This document shows, in pieces, positions 34,036 through 42,850 of a stretch of DNA of 64,000 nucleotides. Source of the stretch: Chitinophagales bacterium. Its GTDB lineage: Bacteria > Bacteroidota > Bacteroidia > Chitinophagales > Saprospiraceae. Under the pieces are notes generated by a model. The model did not search any database, was not told where the DNA came from, and worked only from the letters and a program-made list of their open reading frames with translations. How positions within the stretch are numbered: the first letter of the stretch is position 1; every line of letters begins with the position of its first letter. A program made the position numbers and the translations under genes. The stretch is taken from positions 1,661-65,660 of the forward strand of contig JAFLBP010000031.1 of assembly GCA_017303875.1 (NCBI GenBank), given 5' to 3'.

Positions 34036-34459
34036 TGTTGCCGCAACTTACCAGATTGTCTTTGACAGTAATTCTCAAAAACAACTGATTACCACTACTT
34101 GATCCAATATTATTCAATTGATACAATTCATTCAGCAGATTTTGACGAATCAATATCGGCTTTTGCCATGTATCTGCAAATCGAATAACAAAAGCATAAA
34201 CGAGCAGCGGGGGTGATATTGTTTTAAGCTGCTGAATATTGATATTAAATTGCGCCTGAACAGCCTGATTTGCTAACAATCGACCACTTGCCGTTTTCAC
34301 TTGCACCCTTATTAAATCCCCGTTGATATCGCGAACAACAAAAATATCATCACCAACATCCACTTCAGGAATGGCTACATTCCAGCCTCGACAAAGCAAC
34401 TCCGACATAATTACAAATTGCCCGGCTTTGCCTAAGTAAAGATTATGCTTCTTGGACAT
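33980..34459 (-). CDS. Hypothetical protein with a PD-(D/E)XK-nuclease-like N-terminal motif set
   Basis: GKAGQFVIMSELLCRGWNVAIPEVDVGDDIFVV....LIRVQVKT follows the E...D...(Q/E)VK pattern of restriction-endonuclease-fold proteins. Start taken at the ATG at 34459 (the ORF track uses a TTG at 34471). The local DNA is AT-rich. Confidence 0.55.
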   Translation of the reverse strand: MSKKHNLYLGKAGQFVIMSELLCRGWNVAIPEVDVGDDIFVVRDINGDLIRVQVKTASGRLLANQAVQAQFNINIQQLKTISPPLLVYAFVIRFADTWQKPILIRQNLLNELYQLNNIGSSSGNQLFLRITVKDNLVSCGNINLSEYLNSFQDFPIILH

Positions 34460-34763
34460 GAGGCAGGGCAAATGAATAAATTTCCTGATTGTCCAAGCTA
34501 TTCATAAATCTCACATTATCAATTTTTTGGGACAATGTCTCAATTTCTAATCCGGTAAGAAAAGGCAATATATGTTTTTCAATGCGGGGTTGAAAAGCTG
34601 AAAACTCTTGCTTGGCATCGAGTGATATGAATACATGGGTTAGTGGTGTTGCATCCGGAAAATATTCCGTAAGCAACCTGCGCGTTTGCGGCGAAAGACT
34701 AAAGTTGCAACCTCCAATCTGGCGGTTTACATCAATCATCAGCGTATTCATTACCAATTCCAT
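34443..34763 (-). CDS. Hypothetical protein (106 aa), upstream partner of the nuclease-like gene
   Basis: An ORF in the same AT-rich patch, overlapping the downstream gene by 17 nt. I recognise no family. Confidence 0.45.
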   Translation of the reverse strand: MELVMNTLMIDVNRQIGGCNFSLSPQTRRLLTEYFPDATPLTHVFISLDAKQEFSAFQPRIEKHILPFLTGLEIETLSQKIDNVRFMNSLDNQEIYSFALPHVQEA

Positions 34764-34880
34764 TTACAGGCAAAAATAAGTCAATTTCTGTTGCATTACC
34801 AAATTTAAAATTATGTCCATCACAAAAAAACCTGGCCCGCTCGCTAAAATCCCGCCCAAATCAAAGCTACCTTCGCATCA

Positions 34881-35816
34881 ATGAGAACCCTGCTCCAAAT
34901 TCGCCTGTTGCAGGCGCGACGCGAAAGCGCCGACCTGAACCTGCTGCATTATGCCGTGCTGCTGCTGATTGCGGTTCTGGTATTCGGCTCCATGTATCAG
35001 CAGGCAAGTAACAATGCCTCCATCGCCTGGCTGTTTGCCGGGTTGATTGCTTTCTCGGCTGGCGGCTTACACCTGCAACGCAAAGACCATCGTTTGCTGG
35101 CCCTCGCCATCAAGGATCCGCGCCCGCTGCTGGCATTGGAATACCTGCTGCTGGCACTTCCCTTTTCGCTTACCCTGCTCCTCGCTGCCCGGCCGCTGCA
35201 AGCCCTTTGCAGTCTTTTACTTTCAGCCATGTTCGCCTGGACGCCGGTTCGCCCCAAACGCGGTGGCCGCGCGCGCACATGGCTCAACCGCTGGATTCCA
35301 GCCGATAATTTTGAATGGATTGCCGGTGTGCGCAAACTCGATTTTGCGATCGCGCTTATCTACGGCGCGGCGCTCTTTTTCAGCCCAAAGCCTATTGTCA
35401 GCCTGATCCTTTTGTGGTTTTTGCTTTTGATGATCAGCGAATTTTACCGCTACGGCGAACCGCGCAGCTGGCTGCCCCTGTACGCTCCCACACAACGGGC
35501 TTTTATACATAAAAAACTGCGACGTCACATCGGCCTGCACGCGCTTGTCGTGGCGCCCGTACTGCTCTCCTACGCCGCATTTCAGCCCGATAAGTGGTGG
35601 ATCCCAGCCGCTTACCTGCTGTTTTCAAGCATTGCCATAGCCTGTATGATACTGGCTAAATACAGCGCCTACACCCCCAACAGCAACATCAGGGCCAATA
35701 GCACCATTACGGCTTTGGTGCTGTTGAGCGTGGTAGTCATCTTTTTCCTTCCGGTGCCGGTGATGGCGCTGGGCTGGTATTATGTACGGGCGCGCAATCA
35801 CGATTTTTGGCCGTAA
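34881..35816 (+). CDS. Hypothetical polytopic membrane protein (possible permease partner of the downstream ABC ATPase)
   Basis: 311 aa with at least 6 hydrophobic helices. It lies 15 nt upstream of the ABC ATPase gene. Confidence 0.6.
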   Translation: MRTLLQIRLLQARRESADLNLLHYAVLLLIAVLVFGSMYQQASNNASIAWLFAGLIAFSAGGLHLQRKDHRLLALAIKDPRPLLALEYLLLALPFSLTLLLAARPLQALCSLLLSAMFAWTPVRPKRGGRARTWLNRWIPADNFEWIAGVRKLDFAIALIYGAALFFSPKPIVSLILLWFLLLMISEFYRYGEPRSWLPLYAPTQRAFIHKKLRRHIGLHALVVAPVLLSYAAFQPDKWWIPAAYLLFSSIAIACMILAKYSAYTPNSNIRANSTITALVLLSVVVIFFLPVPVMALGWYYVRARNHDFWP

Positions 35817-35831
35817 ACAAGTTGTTATAGC

Positions 35832-36512
35832 ATGTTGGAAATAAAAAACCTTCAGGTCGCTTACGGCGGCAAACCGGTCTTAAAAGGCCTTGATCTTTCG
35901 CTGGAAAGTGGCAAGGTACATGGCTTGGTGGGACTAAACGGCGCCGGAAAAACCACTTTTTTAAATACGTTATTCGGTTTTGTAAAAGCGCAATCCGGTC
36001 AAATGATCTACAACGGCGCGCCATTGCAACGCGAACAAGTCGGTTTCCTGGAAACCAATCCGGCCTTTTACCGAAATCTTACCGGCCGTGAATTTTTACG
36101 ACTTTATCAAAATGAGCATTTTAAAACAGATGCCTGGGAAGACCTGCTGCAAGTGCCCTTGGATATGCTGATCGATCACTACTCTACCGGCATGCAGAAA
36201 AAATTAGCACTGATGGCCCTGCTCAAACAAAACCGCCCGATCCTGCTGCTCGACGAACCCTACAACGGCCTCGACCTCGAAGCCGCACACCGCTTGCAGG
36301 AAATCCTCAAACGCCTCCGCCTGCAAGGCAAAACCATGCTGTTTACCTCGCATATTCTCGAATCCCTGCTGCCAGTCTGTGATTATATTCACCACCTCGA
36401 CAATGGCGTGATCGCCGCCACTTATGCGCCCGAACAATTCGACCTGTTCTCGGAAAACCTGCGCGCCCAACTCCAGCTCGGCCTCGACGAAGCGCTCGAT
36501 GGCTTAACCTGA
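35832..36512 (+). CDS. ABC transporter ATP-binding protein
   Basis: Walker A is GLVGLNGAGKTT, the signature is YSTGMQKKL, and Walker B is ILLLDEPYNGLD. Confidence 0.9.
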   Translation: MLEIKNLQVAYGGKPVLKGLDLSLESGKVHGLVGLNGAGKTTFLNTLFGFVKAQSGQMIYNGAPLQREQVGFLETNPAFYRNLTGREFLRLYQNEHFKTDAWEDLLQVPLDMLIDHYSTGMQKKLALMALLKQNRPILLLDEPYNGLDLEAAHRLQEILKRLRLQGKTMLFTSHILESLLPVCDYIHHLDNGVIAATYAPEQFDLFSENLRAQLQLGLDEALDGLT

Positions 36513-36519
36513 ACCGACA

Positions 36520-38577
36520 CTACCCTTCCCGCTTGCGCACCATCGTCAGAATGGTTGCTATGGCCACCGATTCGCCGCTTTCATCGTACACGTCCACGTA
36601 CCACTTTACAATGCCGCGCGGAATGGCCGCTACGCCTTCTTTGGCCGGGTCGTATTCCTGCTCGGCTTTTTCCCGGACGGTAAGCTTCACCCCGATGGTC
36701 ATACCCGGATAAACCGGTTTTACAAAACGGCATTCATCTAAGCCGTAATTCAGCAAAACCGGCCCTTTTTTGGCATCTACAAACAAACCGGCCGCCTTGG
36801 AAAGGATAAAATATCCGTGCGCCACACGGCCCTTGAATGGAGTACCTTCCAGCGCCGTGGCATCCATGTGGGCATAAAAATTATCGCCACTGACATTGGC
36901 AAAATTGTGAATATCCGCCTCCGAAACAGTGTGTTTGGCCGTTACCAAGGTTTCACCCACAAACAAATCTTCAAAGTATTTTTTGAACGGATGCACCGGC
37001 GTTTCGGTCTGCTCCGCGCCGGGTTGATACTGGCGCGTAACGTTCATAATATCCGTCGGCGTGCCCTGAATGGCCGTGCGCTGCATATAGTGCAACACGC
37101 CGCGCATGCCGCCCATTTCCTCGCCGCCGCCCGCATGACCCGGGCCGCCATGTACCAGCATGGGCATGGGCGAGCCGTGTCCGGTGCTTTCTTTAGCCGA
37201 GTGTCGGTTGAGCATCAGGATGCGGCCGTTCCAGGCAGCTGCTTCCAGCACAAACTGCCGCTGAATATCGCGGTCGTAAGTGCAAATGGTGCTCACGAGC
37301 GATCCTTTGCCCATTGCCGTAATTTCAAGAGCTTCTTCGAGGTTTTTATAGGGCATCAGCGTGGAAACCGGGCCGAAACACTCGGTTTCATGGGAAAGCG
37401 TTTGCGTTAGCGGCTGTTCATTCAACAATAAAACCGGCGGAATAAATGCGCCTTTTTCGCGCTCGGCGCCGCGCACTTCAAAGTTGTCGAGGTCGCCGTA
37501 AACCATGCTGCCCACGCCGCTGAGTTCGCTCAGTTTTTCGCGCACGCGACCGAGTTGCTGGCGGTTGATGAGGGCGCCCATCCGCACCCCTTCCACGGAA
37601 GGATCGCCGACGGCAGTTTTAGCCAGTTCGGTACTGAGGGCTTTTTGAACGGCTTCCAGCAGGTTTTCCGGCACGAGAATACGGCGCACGGCGGTACATT
37701 TTTGTCCGGCCTTGGTCACCATCTCGCGGCGTACTTCCTTGATAAAGAGGTCAAATTCCGGTGTTCCGGGCTGCGCGTCGGCACCCAGCACGGCGGCGTT
37801 CAGCGAATCGGCCTCCATCGTGAACGGCACGGAGTGTCGGATAATGGCCTCATGCGCACGCAGGCGCTTGCCCGTGCCCGAGCTGCCGGTGAACGTAACA
37901 ACATCCTGCGTACGCACATGGTCGAGAATACCCCGGCCTGCGCCGCCGATGAATTGAAGGGCGCCTTCGGGCAGGATGCCGGAGGCGACAATATCCTGCA
38001 CCATCGCTTCGGTGAGGAAGGAGGTTTGTTCGCTGGCCTTCACCACGGCCGGCATACCGGCGAGCAGGTTGACCGCTATTTTTTCCAGCATACCCCAAAT
38101 GGGGAAGTTGAAGGCATTGATATGCACCGCCACGCCGGGCTTAGGCGTCAGGAGGTGGTGGCCGATGAAGGTGCCCTCTTTAGAGAGGCGTGCCAGCTCG
38201 CCTTCCACATAGAAAGGTTCGTCGGGAAATTTCCGGCGCAGGCTTGCATTGGCAAAGAGGTTGCCGATACCGCCTTCAATATCCACCCAGCTGTCGGCGC
38301 GGGTAGCGCCCGTTACGTGGCTGATAGCGTAGTAGCGCTCTTTTTGCTCCATAAGGTAGAGGGCGAGGGCCTTGAGCATGCGGCCGCGCTCGTGAAAAGT
38401 CATGCGGCGCAGGGCCGGACTGCCTTTGGCGCGGCCATATTGCAGGATTTCGGCGAAATCCAGCCCCTCGTCGGAGACGGTACTGTATACGGCTCCGGTA
38501 AGGGCGTGGTATTGTGGGATACCTTCGCCGCTGCCAGCCATCCACTGACCGAGTATGTAGTTTTTGATTTGTTGCAT
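36520..38577 (-). CDS. paaZ: Bifunctional aldehyde dehydrogenase / MaoC-dehydratase, PaaZ-like
   Basis: MQQIKNYILGQW..G.G......A.TG......S..GLDF....YGR..G...LR.MTFHERG.MLKAL. The MaoC hot-dog C-terminus is ..VAHGYF.LS.AAGLF. Start at the ATG at 38577 avoids overlap with the radical SAM gene. Confidence 0.85.
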   Translation of the reverse strand: MQQIKNYILGQWMAGSGEGIPQYHALTGAVYSTVSDEGLDFAEILQYGRAKGSPALRRMTFHERGRMLKALALYLMEQKERYYAISHVTGATRADSWVDIEGGIGNLFANASLRRKFPDEPFYVEGELARLSKEGTFIGHHLLTPKPGVAVHINAFNFPIWGMLEKIAVNLLAGMPAVVKASEQTSFLTEAMVQDIVASGILPEGALQFIGGAGRGILDHVRTQDVVTFTGSSGTGKRLRAHEAIIRHSVPFTMEADSLNAAVLGADAQPGTPEFDLFIKEVRREMVTKAGQKCTAVRRILVPENLLEAVQKALSTELAKTAVGDPSVEGVRMGALINRQQLGRVREKLSELSGVGSMVYGDLDNFEVRGAEREKGAFIPPVLLLNEQPLTQTLSHETECFGPVSTLMPYKNLEEALEITAMGKGSLVSTICTYDRDIQRQFVLEAAAWNGRILMLNRHSAKESTGHGSPMPMLVHGGPGHAGGGEEMGGMRGVLHYMQRTAIQGTPTDIMNVTRQYQPGAEQTETPVHPFKKYFEDLFVGETLVTAKHTVSEADIHNFANVSGDNFYAHMDATALEGTPFKGRVAHGYFILSKAAGLFVDAKKGPVLLNYGLDECRFVKPVYPGMTIGVKLTVREKAEQEYDPAKEGVAAIPRGIVKWYVDVYDESGESVAIATILTMVRKREG

Positions 38578-38617
38578 GGTGTAGGGAATGTTGAGGGGCA
38601 AAGGTATGATGCTTCCC

Positions 38618-39691
38618 TCAAAACAAGCGCAACTGCCCGTCCTTAAACTGCTCGTGCAGTTCGAGGTTGTATTTGGGCAATTCCTTTCCTGCAAAATACT
38701 TTTGCTTCGCTAATTGATATTGTGCGCGGATGATTTCCGCAATTTTTCCTTCGCCGCGCATCCGCACCCCCGGGCGGAAGTCGCCCAGCTCGCCGCCATG
38801 CACTTCGCGGATTTTATTCAGCACCTTATCGGCGCGATCGGGCATATTTTTTCGGATCCAGTCTTCAAACACCAGGGCCACATCGTCGTTGAGGCGCACC
38901 ATGGTATAGCCGGCGCCCAAGGCGCCGAGTTCGGAGACCGTTTCAAAGACTTTGAAAATTTCGTGCTCGTTGAGTCCGGGAATAATAGGCGCCATCATCA
39001 CGAAAACGGGAATGCCGTTGTCGGAAAGTGTTTTTACCGTACGCAGGCGCTGCTGTACGGTGGCGGTGCGGGGTTCGAGGAAGCGGCGCAGGTCTTCATC
39101 GAGGGTGGTGATGCTGATGGCAACGTGTACTAAGTTGTGCTCGGCCAGTTGGCGCAGCAGGTCGAGGTCGCGGAGGATGAGGCTGTTTTTGGTGATAAGG
39201 CTGACCGGGTGTCGGTATTTCCAGAACACTTCAAGGCATTGGCGGGTAATGCCGAATTTGCGTTCGGCGGGCTGGTAAATATCCGTATTGCCAGCAAACA
39301 TAATGGGTGCGGCTTTCCAGGATTTTTTCTTCAGCGCGGCTTCCAGCAGGCTGGCGGCATTGCGTTTGATGAGGATTTTGCGCTCAAAATCGAGGCCAGC
39401 GCTGTAGCCCCAGTAAGGATGGGTATTGCGGGCGTAACAATACACGCAGCCGTGTTCGCAGCCCTGGTAGGGGTTCATGCCCCAGGCCAGCGGGATGTCG
39501 GCGCTGTCTACTTTATTGAGGATGGTTTTGGGGTGGGTCTCCAGGTATTCCGTTTTGAGTTGTTCGGTTTCCCATTCGGATTCCACGAGCGCCCAGTCGA
39601 GCGCTTCGCTGTCGCGCACCACTTTTTCATACGGTGAAGGCGGATTGATTTGTGCGCCGCGACCGGAGAGGTAGGGTTTATCCTGATTCAT
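38618..39691 (-). CDS. PA0069-family radical SAM protein
   Basis: ..GRGAQINP.....K.........NPYQGCEHGCVYCYAR contains the CxxxCxxC cluster motif. 357 aa. Confidence 0.85.
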   Translation of the reverse strand: MNQDKPYLSGRGAQINPPSPYEKVVRDSEALDWALVESEWETEQLKTEYLETHPKTILNKVDSADIPLAWGMNPYQGCEHGCVYCYARNTHPYWGYSAGLDFERKILIKRNAASLLEAALKKKSWKAAPIMFAGNTDIYQPAERKFGITRQCLEVFWKYRHPVSLITKNSLILRDLDLLRQLAEHNLVHVAISITTLDEDLRRFLEPRTATVQQRLRTVKTLSDNGIPVFVMMAPIIPGLNEHEIFKVFETVSELGALGAGYTMVRLNDDVALVFEDWIRKNMPDRADKVLNKIREVHGGELGDFRPGVRMRGEGKIAEIIRAQYQLAKQKYFAGKELPKYNLELHEQFKDGQLRLF

Positions 39692-39818
39692 TGGAGACGG
39701 AAGGTATACTTTTTGAGCCTACAAGAATACGACTTTTTGAAGCATGTAAACGGATTCCGATAACAAATATTTACGAATCATTGACAGCCTGCCACAAAGC
39801 CGGGGCCTGCATACGCCG

Positions 39819-39826
39819 TACTTTTG
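39819..39826 (+). promoter_or_regulatory. Candidate -7 box (TACTTTTG) upstream of the HMA-domain gene
   Basis: A TAnnTTTG match lies 97 nt upstream of the ATG at 39923. The leader contains the 18-bp inverted repeat 39837-39854 / 39894-39911. Confidence 0.35.
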
Positions 39827-39922
39827 CAGAAATTTCGTGTTTATGTGTTTTAGTATTTTGGCGTACAATGATGTATTACCCAAACACAAAAACACTAAAA
39901 CACAAAAACACTTAAAAAAAGC

Positions 39923-40297
39923 ATGAAAAAATCACTTTTGTTGGCATTTTTTGCCTTTATGACCTTGGGCCTTGCTGCCCAGAGCGACAATTCCGGTTTC
40001 GTTAAAAAGAAAGCGGCAACTGCGAGTACGGTAAAAACCGAGACCTTTAAGGTGCTTGGCAATTGCGGTATGTGCGAAAAAACCATCGAGAAAGCCGCAA
40101 GCAATGCCGGCGCCACAAGCGCCGAATGGAACCGCGAGCTGAAGCAAATCACGGTGATATTCGACAGCGCAACGACTACACTTGACGCAATACAGAAGGC
40201 CATTGCTACGGCGGGTTACGACAATGCTACCTACAAGGCCTCCGACGAAGCCTATGATAAACTCCACGAATGCTGCCACTACGAGCGGGAACAGTAG
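39923..40297 (+). CDS. Heavy-metal-associated (HMA) domain protein, secreted
   Basis: The signal peptide is MKKSLLLAFFAFMTLGLAAQ. The GMCEKT metal-binding loop is FKVLGNCGMCEKTIEKA, and the C-terminal ECCHYE is Cys/His-rich. Confidence 0.8.
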   Translation: MKKSLLLAFFAFMTLGLAAQSDNSGFVKKKAATASTVKTETFKVLGNCGMCEKTIEKAASNAGATSAEWNRELKQITVIFDSATTTLDAIQKAIATAGYDNATYKASDEAYDKLHECCHYEREQ

Positions 40298-40305
40298 TAC
40301 CGGGC

Positions 40306-40340
40306 AAAAAAAGGGCTGCTTTGGGGGAGACAAAGCAGCC
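40306..40340 (-). terminator. Rho-independent terminator (strong on the minus strand; also a hairpin after the HMA gene)
   Basis: ggctgctttg (40314-40323) pairs with caaagcagcc (40331-40340). The minus strand reads stem-loop then TTTTTTT (40312-40306). Confidence 0.75.
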
Positions 40341-40403
40341 GCTCGAAAACGGGAAACAGGTCGGAATAATGGGTGTGTTTGTGCCTGTAACAGCGATCAA
40401 ACA

Positions 40404-40496
40404 CTAACGGCGGGGGCCGAATGCGAGATAGGTCATCGCTTTAGGCAGCAAATAAACCAATGCCAACGCGACAACCAGGGTGAGTAAAATAAGCAT
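40404..40496 (-). CDS. Candidate 30-aa hydrophobic small protein
   Basis: Below the ORF-track cutoff. ATG at 40496 and TAG at 40406-40404; translation MLILLTLVVALALVYLLPKAMTYLAFGPRR. A TATCTTTG box lies on the minus strand at 40573-40566, and the terminator lies about 64 nt downstream of the stop. Confidence 0.35.
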   Translation of the reverse strand: MLILLTLVVALALVYLLPKAMTYLAFGPRR

Positions 40497-40667
40497 AGCA
40501 ACAGCTTGTTAGAATGAACGTTTGCGAAAGACAGATAATCCAGAAGAAACATTCGCTCTTCGGATCAAAGATAGATATAAGTTGCAGAAATTAAAGCCAT
40601 TTCCCATTAAAAGTTTTTGTTAAGCTTTAATTTACCAAATTCTGAAGGAGCATAAGGAGTTTTTCCC

Positions 40668-40675
40668 TATCTTTG
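40668..40675 (+). promoter_or_regulatory. Candidate -7 box (TATCTTTG) upstream of the cysteine-synthase-family gene
   Basis: A TAnnTTTG match lies about 108 nt upstream of the ATG at 40783. Confidence 0.35.
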
Positions 40676-40782
40676 CGGTGGATTATTAGCCCCAAACCTG
40701 TTACCTGAACCCGTCGAGAACATACAAAACTGCTTCCTGAATCGTTCAGCACATCCGTTGTACCTCCTAAAAAGTTATCCGA

Positions 40783-41802
40783 ATGGTTTTTAACAACATT
40801 CTGGAAACGATCGGCAAAACGCCGCTCATTCGCCTTAACAACATCGTTGCGCATATTCCGGGTACGGTTTATGCCAAAGTCGAAGCCTTCAACCCTGGTC
40901 TGAGCGCTAAAGACCGCATTGCCCTGCACATGATTGAGCGCGCCGAGCGCCTCGGCAAACTCAAACCCGGCGGCACCGTCGTTGACGCGACCAGTGGCAA
41001 TACCGGCTTCAGCCTCGCTATGGTCAGTGCCATCAAAGGTTACCGCTGCGTACTGACAGTCACCAGCAAAATCTCCGACGATAAACTTAACAATTTGCGT
41101 GCCATGGGCGCAGAAGTGATCCTTTGCCCGCAAAATGCCAAGCCGGACGACCCCAATTCCTACTACTCGATGGCTAAAAAATTAGCCTCCGAGATTCCCG
41201 GCGCTTACTACATCAACCAGAACTACAACCTCGAAAACAGCGAAGCCCACTACTTCAGCACCGGCCCCGAAATCTGGGAGCAAACCCAGGGCAAAGTCAC
41301 CTGGATCATCGGCAGCACCAGTACCGGCGGCACGCTCTGCGGCTCCGCACGATACCTGCGCGAACAAAACCCGAATGTAAAGGTGGTCGGCGTGGATGCC
41401 TATGGTTCTGTACTGAAAAAGTACCACGAAACCGGCATTTACGACGAAAAGGAAATCTACTCCTACCGCATTGAAGGCACCGGGAAAAATATCATCCCGG
41501 CCAATATGGACTTCAAGCTCATCGACCGTTTTGTAAAAGTAACGGATAAAGACAGCGCCCTGCGTGCCCGCGAACTGGCCCGCACCGAAGGTCTTTTGGT
41601 AGGTTACTCCAGTGGCGCAGCCCTCCAGGCACTCGAACAATTACAAGACGAAATTCAGGAAGACGACGTGGTCGTGCTGCTCTTTAGCGATCACGGCTCG
41701 AAATACACGGCAAAAATTTTCAACGACCAGTGGATGCGCGAACAGGGCTTTATGCCGGAAGAAACACCTGCCCCGCAAACGGCAGACAGCGCTACGGTTT
41801 AA
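40783..41802 (+). CDS. Fold-type II PLP enzyme, cysteine synthase / cystathionine beta-synthase family
   Basis: ..IGKTPLIRLN......VYAKVE.FNPG.S.KDRIAL.MIE.AE..G.L.PG.T.V.ATSGNTG..LA includes the PLP lysine context S.KDR. 339 aa with no CBS pair. Confidence 0.85.
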   Translation: MVFNNILETIGKTPLIRLNNIVAHIPGTVYAKVEAFNPGLSAKDRIALHMIERAERLGKLKPGGTVVDATSGNTGFSLAMVSAIKGYRCVLTVTSKISDDKLNNLRAMGAEVILCPQNAKPDDPNSYYSMAKKLASEIPGAYYINQNYNLENSEAHYFSTGPEIWEQTQGKVTWIIGSTSTGGTLCGSARYLREQNPNVKVVGVDAYGSVLKKYHETGIYDEKEIYSYRIEGTGKNIIPANMDFKLIDRFVKVTDKDSALRARELARTEGLLVGYSSGAALQALEQLQDEIQEDDVVVLLFSDHGSKYTAKIFNDQWMREQGFMPEETPAPQTADSATV

Positions 41803-41946
41803 GAAAAACGAGCCGGGCCGGATGCAAAAACGAACCATTTTGCATCCGGCCTATACCAGAACAACACCTTGAACGCCCTGGGCCAAACAACAGCGCCCAT
41901 TTCCGCCCCCCCGGATATTCACGTAAACACACACTACTACTACGCT

Positions 41947-42810
41947 ATGTTGAAACTACTTCCCATCGAGCGCCGCACGGGTCTCGGCCGTGAGGAGTTC
42001 ATCGAAAATTATCTAAAACCCCGCAAACCAGTCGTCTTTACGGATTTGTCCAAAGACTGGGCCGCCACAAGCAAATGGACCTTTGAATTCCTCAAAAAGG
42101 AATACGGCCATTTGGAAGTGCCCGTCGTCGGGCCAGACTTCCACAAGCCGGGGCCAAACTACATGAAAAGTACCTTGACCATGAAGTTTGGCGATTACCT
42201 CGACCTCATCCAAAAAGGCCCGACGGAATACCGGATCTTTTTGTGGAACATCCTTGACCATGCCAAAGAACTTACCGGTGATGTCGCCCAACCAACCATC
42301 TGCGACGGATGGGTCGACAACTACCCCTTCATGTTTTTCGGCGGCGCCGGCGCGGTAACCGGTATGCACTACGACATCGACTGCTCCCACGTGTTTCATA
42401 CCCATTTCTGGACACGCAAGCATGTGGTGCTCTTCGATCAAAGCCAAAATGAACTGCTGTATCAACACCCCTTTACCGTACAAAGCCGCGTAGATCCGCT
42501 CAATCCGGATTATGAAAAATATCCGGCCCTCAAAAACGCCGTCGGTTATGAAACCATCCTGACGCATGGAGAAACCCTGTTTATCCCAACTATGTGGTGG
42601 CACCATATTGTGTATGTGGATGGCGGATTTTCCCTGAGCCTGCGCTCTGTAGACAATGTGTTCACGCAGGCCAAAGGCCTGTACAATATTGCCCGCCACT
42701 TCGTCGTCGATAAAGGCATGAACGCTGTTATGGGACCGAAATGGAAGGACTGGAAAGAACAAAAAGCCATTCAGCGCGCAAACGAGCGTATGGAGGCTGT
42801 TGGTGCATAA
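41947..42810 (+). CDS. JmjC/cupin_8-like domain protein
   Basis: From ATG 41947: MLKLLPIERRTGLGREEFIENYLKPRKPVVFTDLSKDWAATSKWTFEFLKKEYG.. then ..GAVTGMHYDIDCSHVFHTHF...K.V.LF and ..GETLFIPTMWWHHIV. These form the HxD...H cupin pattern. Confidence 0.75.
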   Translation: MLKLLPIERRTGLGREEFIENYLKPRKPVVFTDLSKDWAATSKWTFEFLKKEYGHLEVPVVGPDFHKPGPNYMKSTLTMKFGDYLDLIQKGPTEYRIFLWNILDHAKELTGDVAQPTICDGWVDNYPFMFFGGAGAVTGMHYDIDCSHVFHTHFWTRKHVVLFDQSQNELLYQHPFTVQSRVDPLNPDYEKYPALKNAVGYETILTHGETLFIPTMWWHHIVYVDGGFSLSLRSVDNVFTQAKGLYNIARHFVVDKGMNAVMGPKWKDWKEQKAIQRANERMEAVGA

Positions 42811-42850
42811 ACGCAGCATTTCGCCTGCGTACAAACAATTTTTAAGACAA

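Noticed and set aside
38578-38694. An N-terminal 39-aa extension of the PaaZ ORF that overlaps the 3' end of the radical SAM gene.
   Set aside because: The extension (MQERNCPNTTSNCTSS..) is not PaaZ-like. The conserved PaaZ N-terminus begins at the ATG at 38577, which removes the overlap.
41869-41946. An upstream start for the JmjC/cupin ORF. Similar 5' extensions appear in the track for 3309, 17712, 29552, 42800, 51637, 54399, 59161, 60801 and 62343.
   Set aside because: In each case an internal ATG gives either a clean signal peptide or the conserved family N-terminus. The extensions are low-complexity or overlap neighbouring features.
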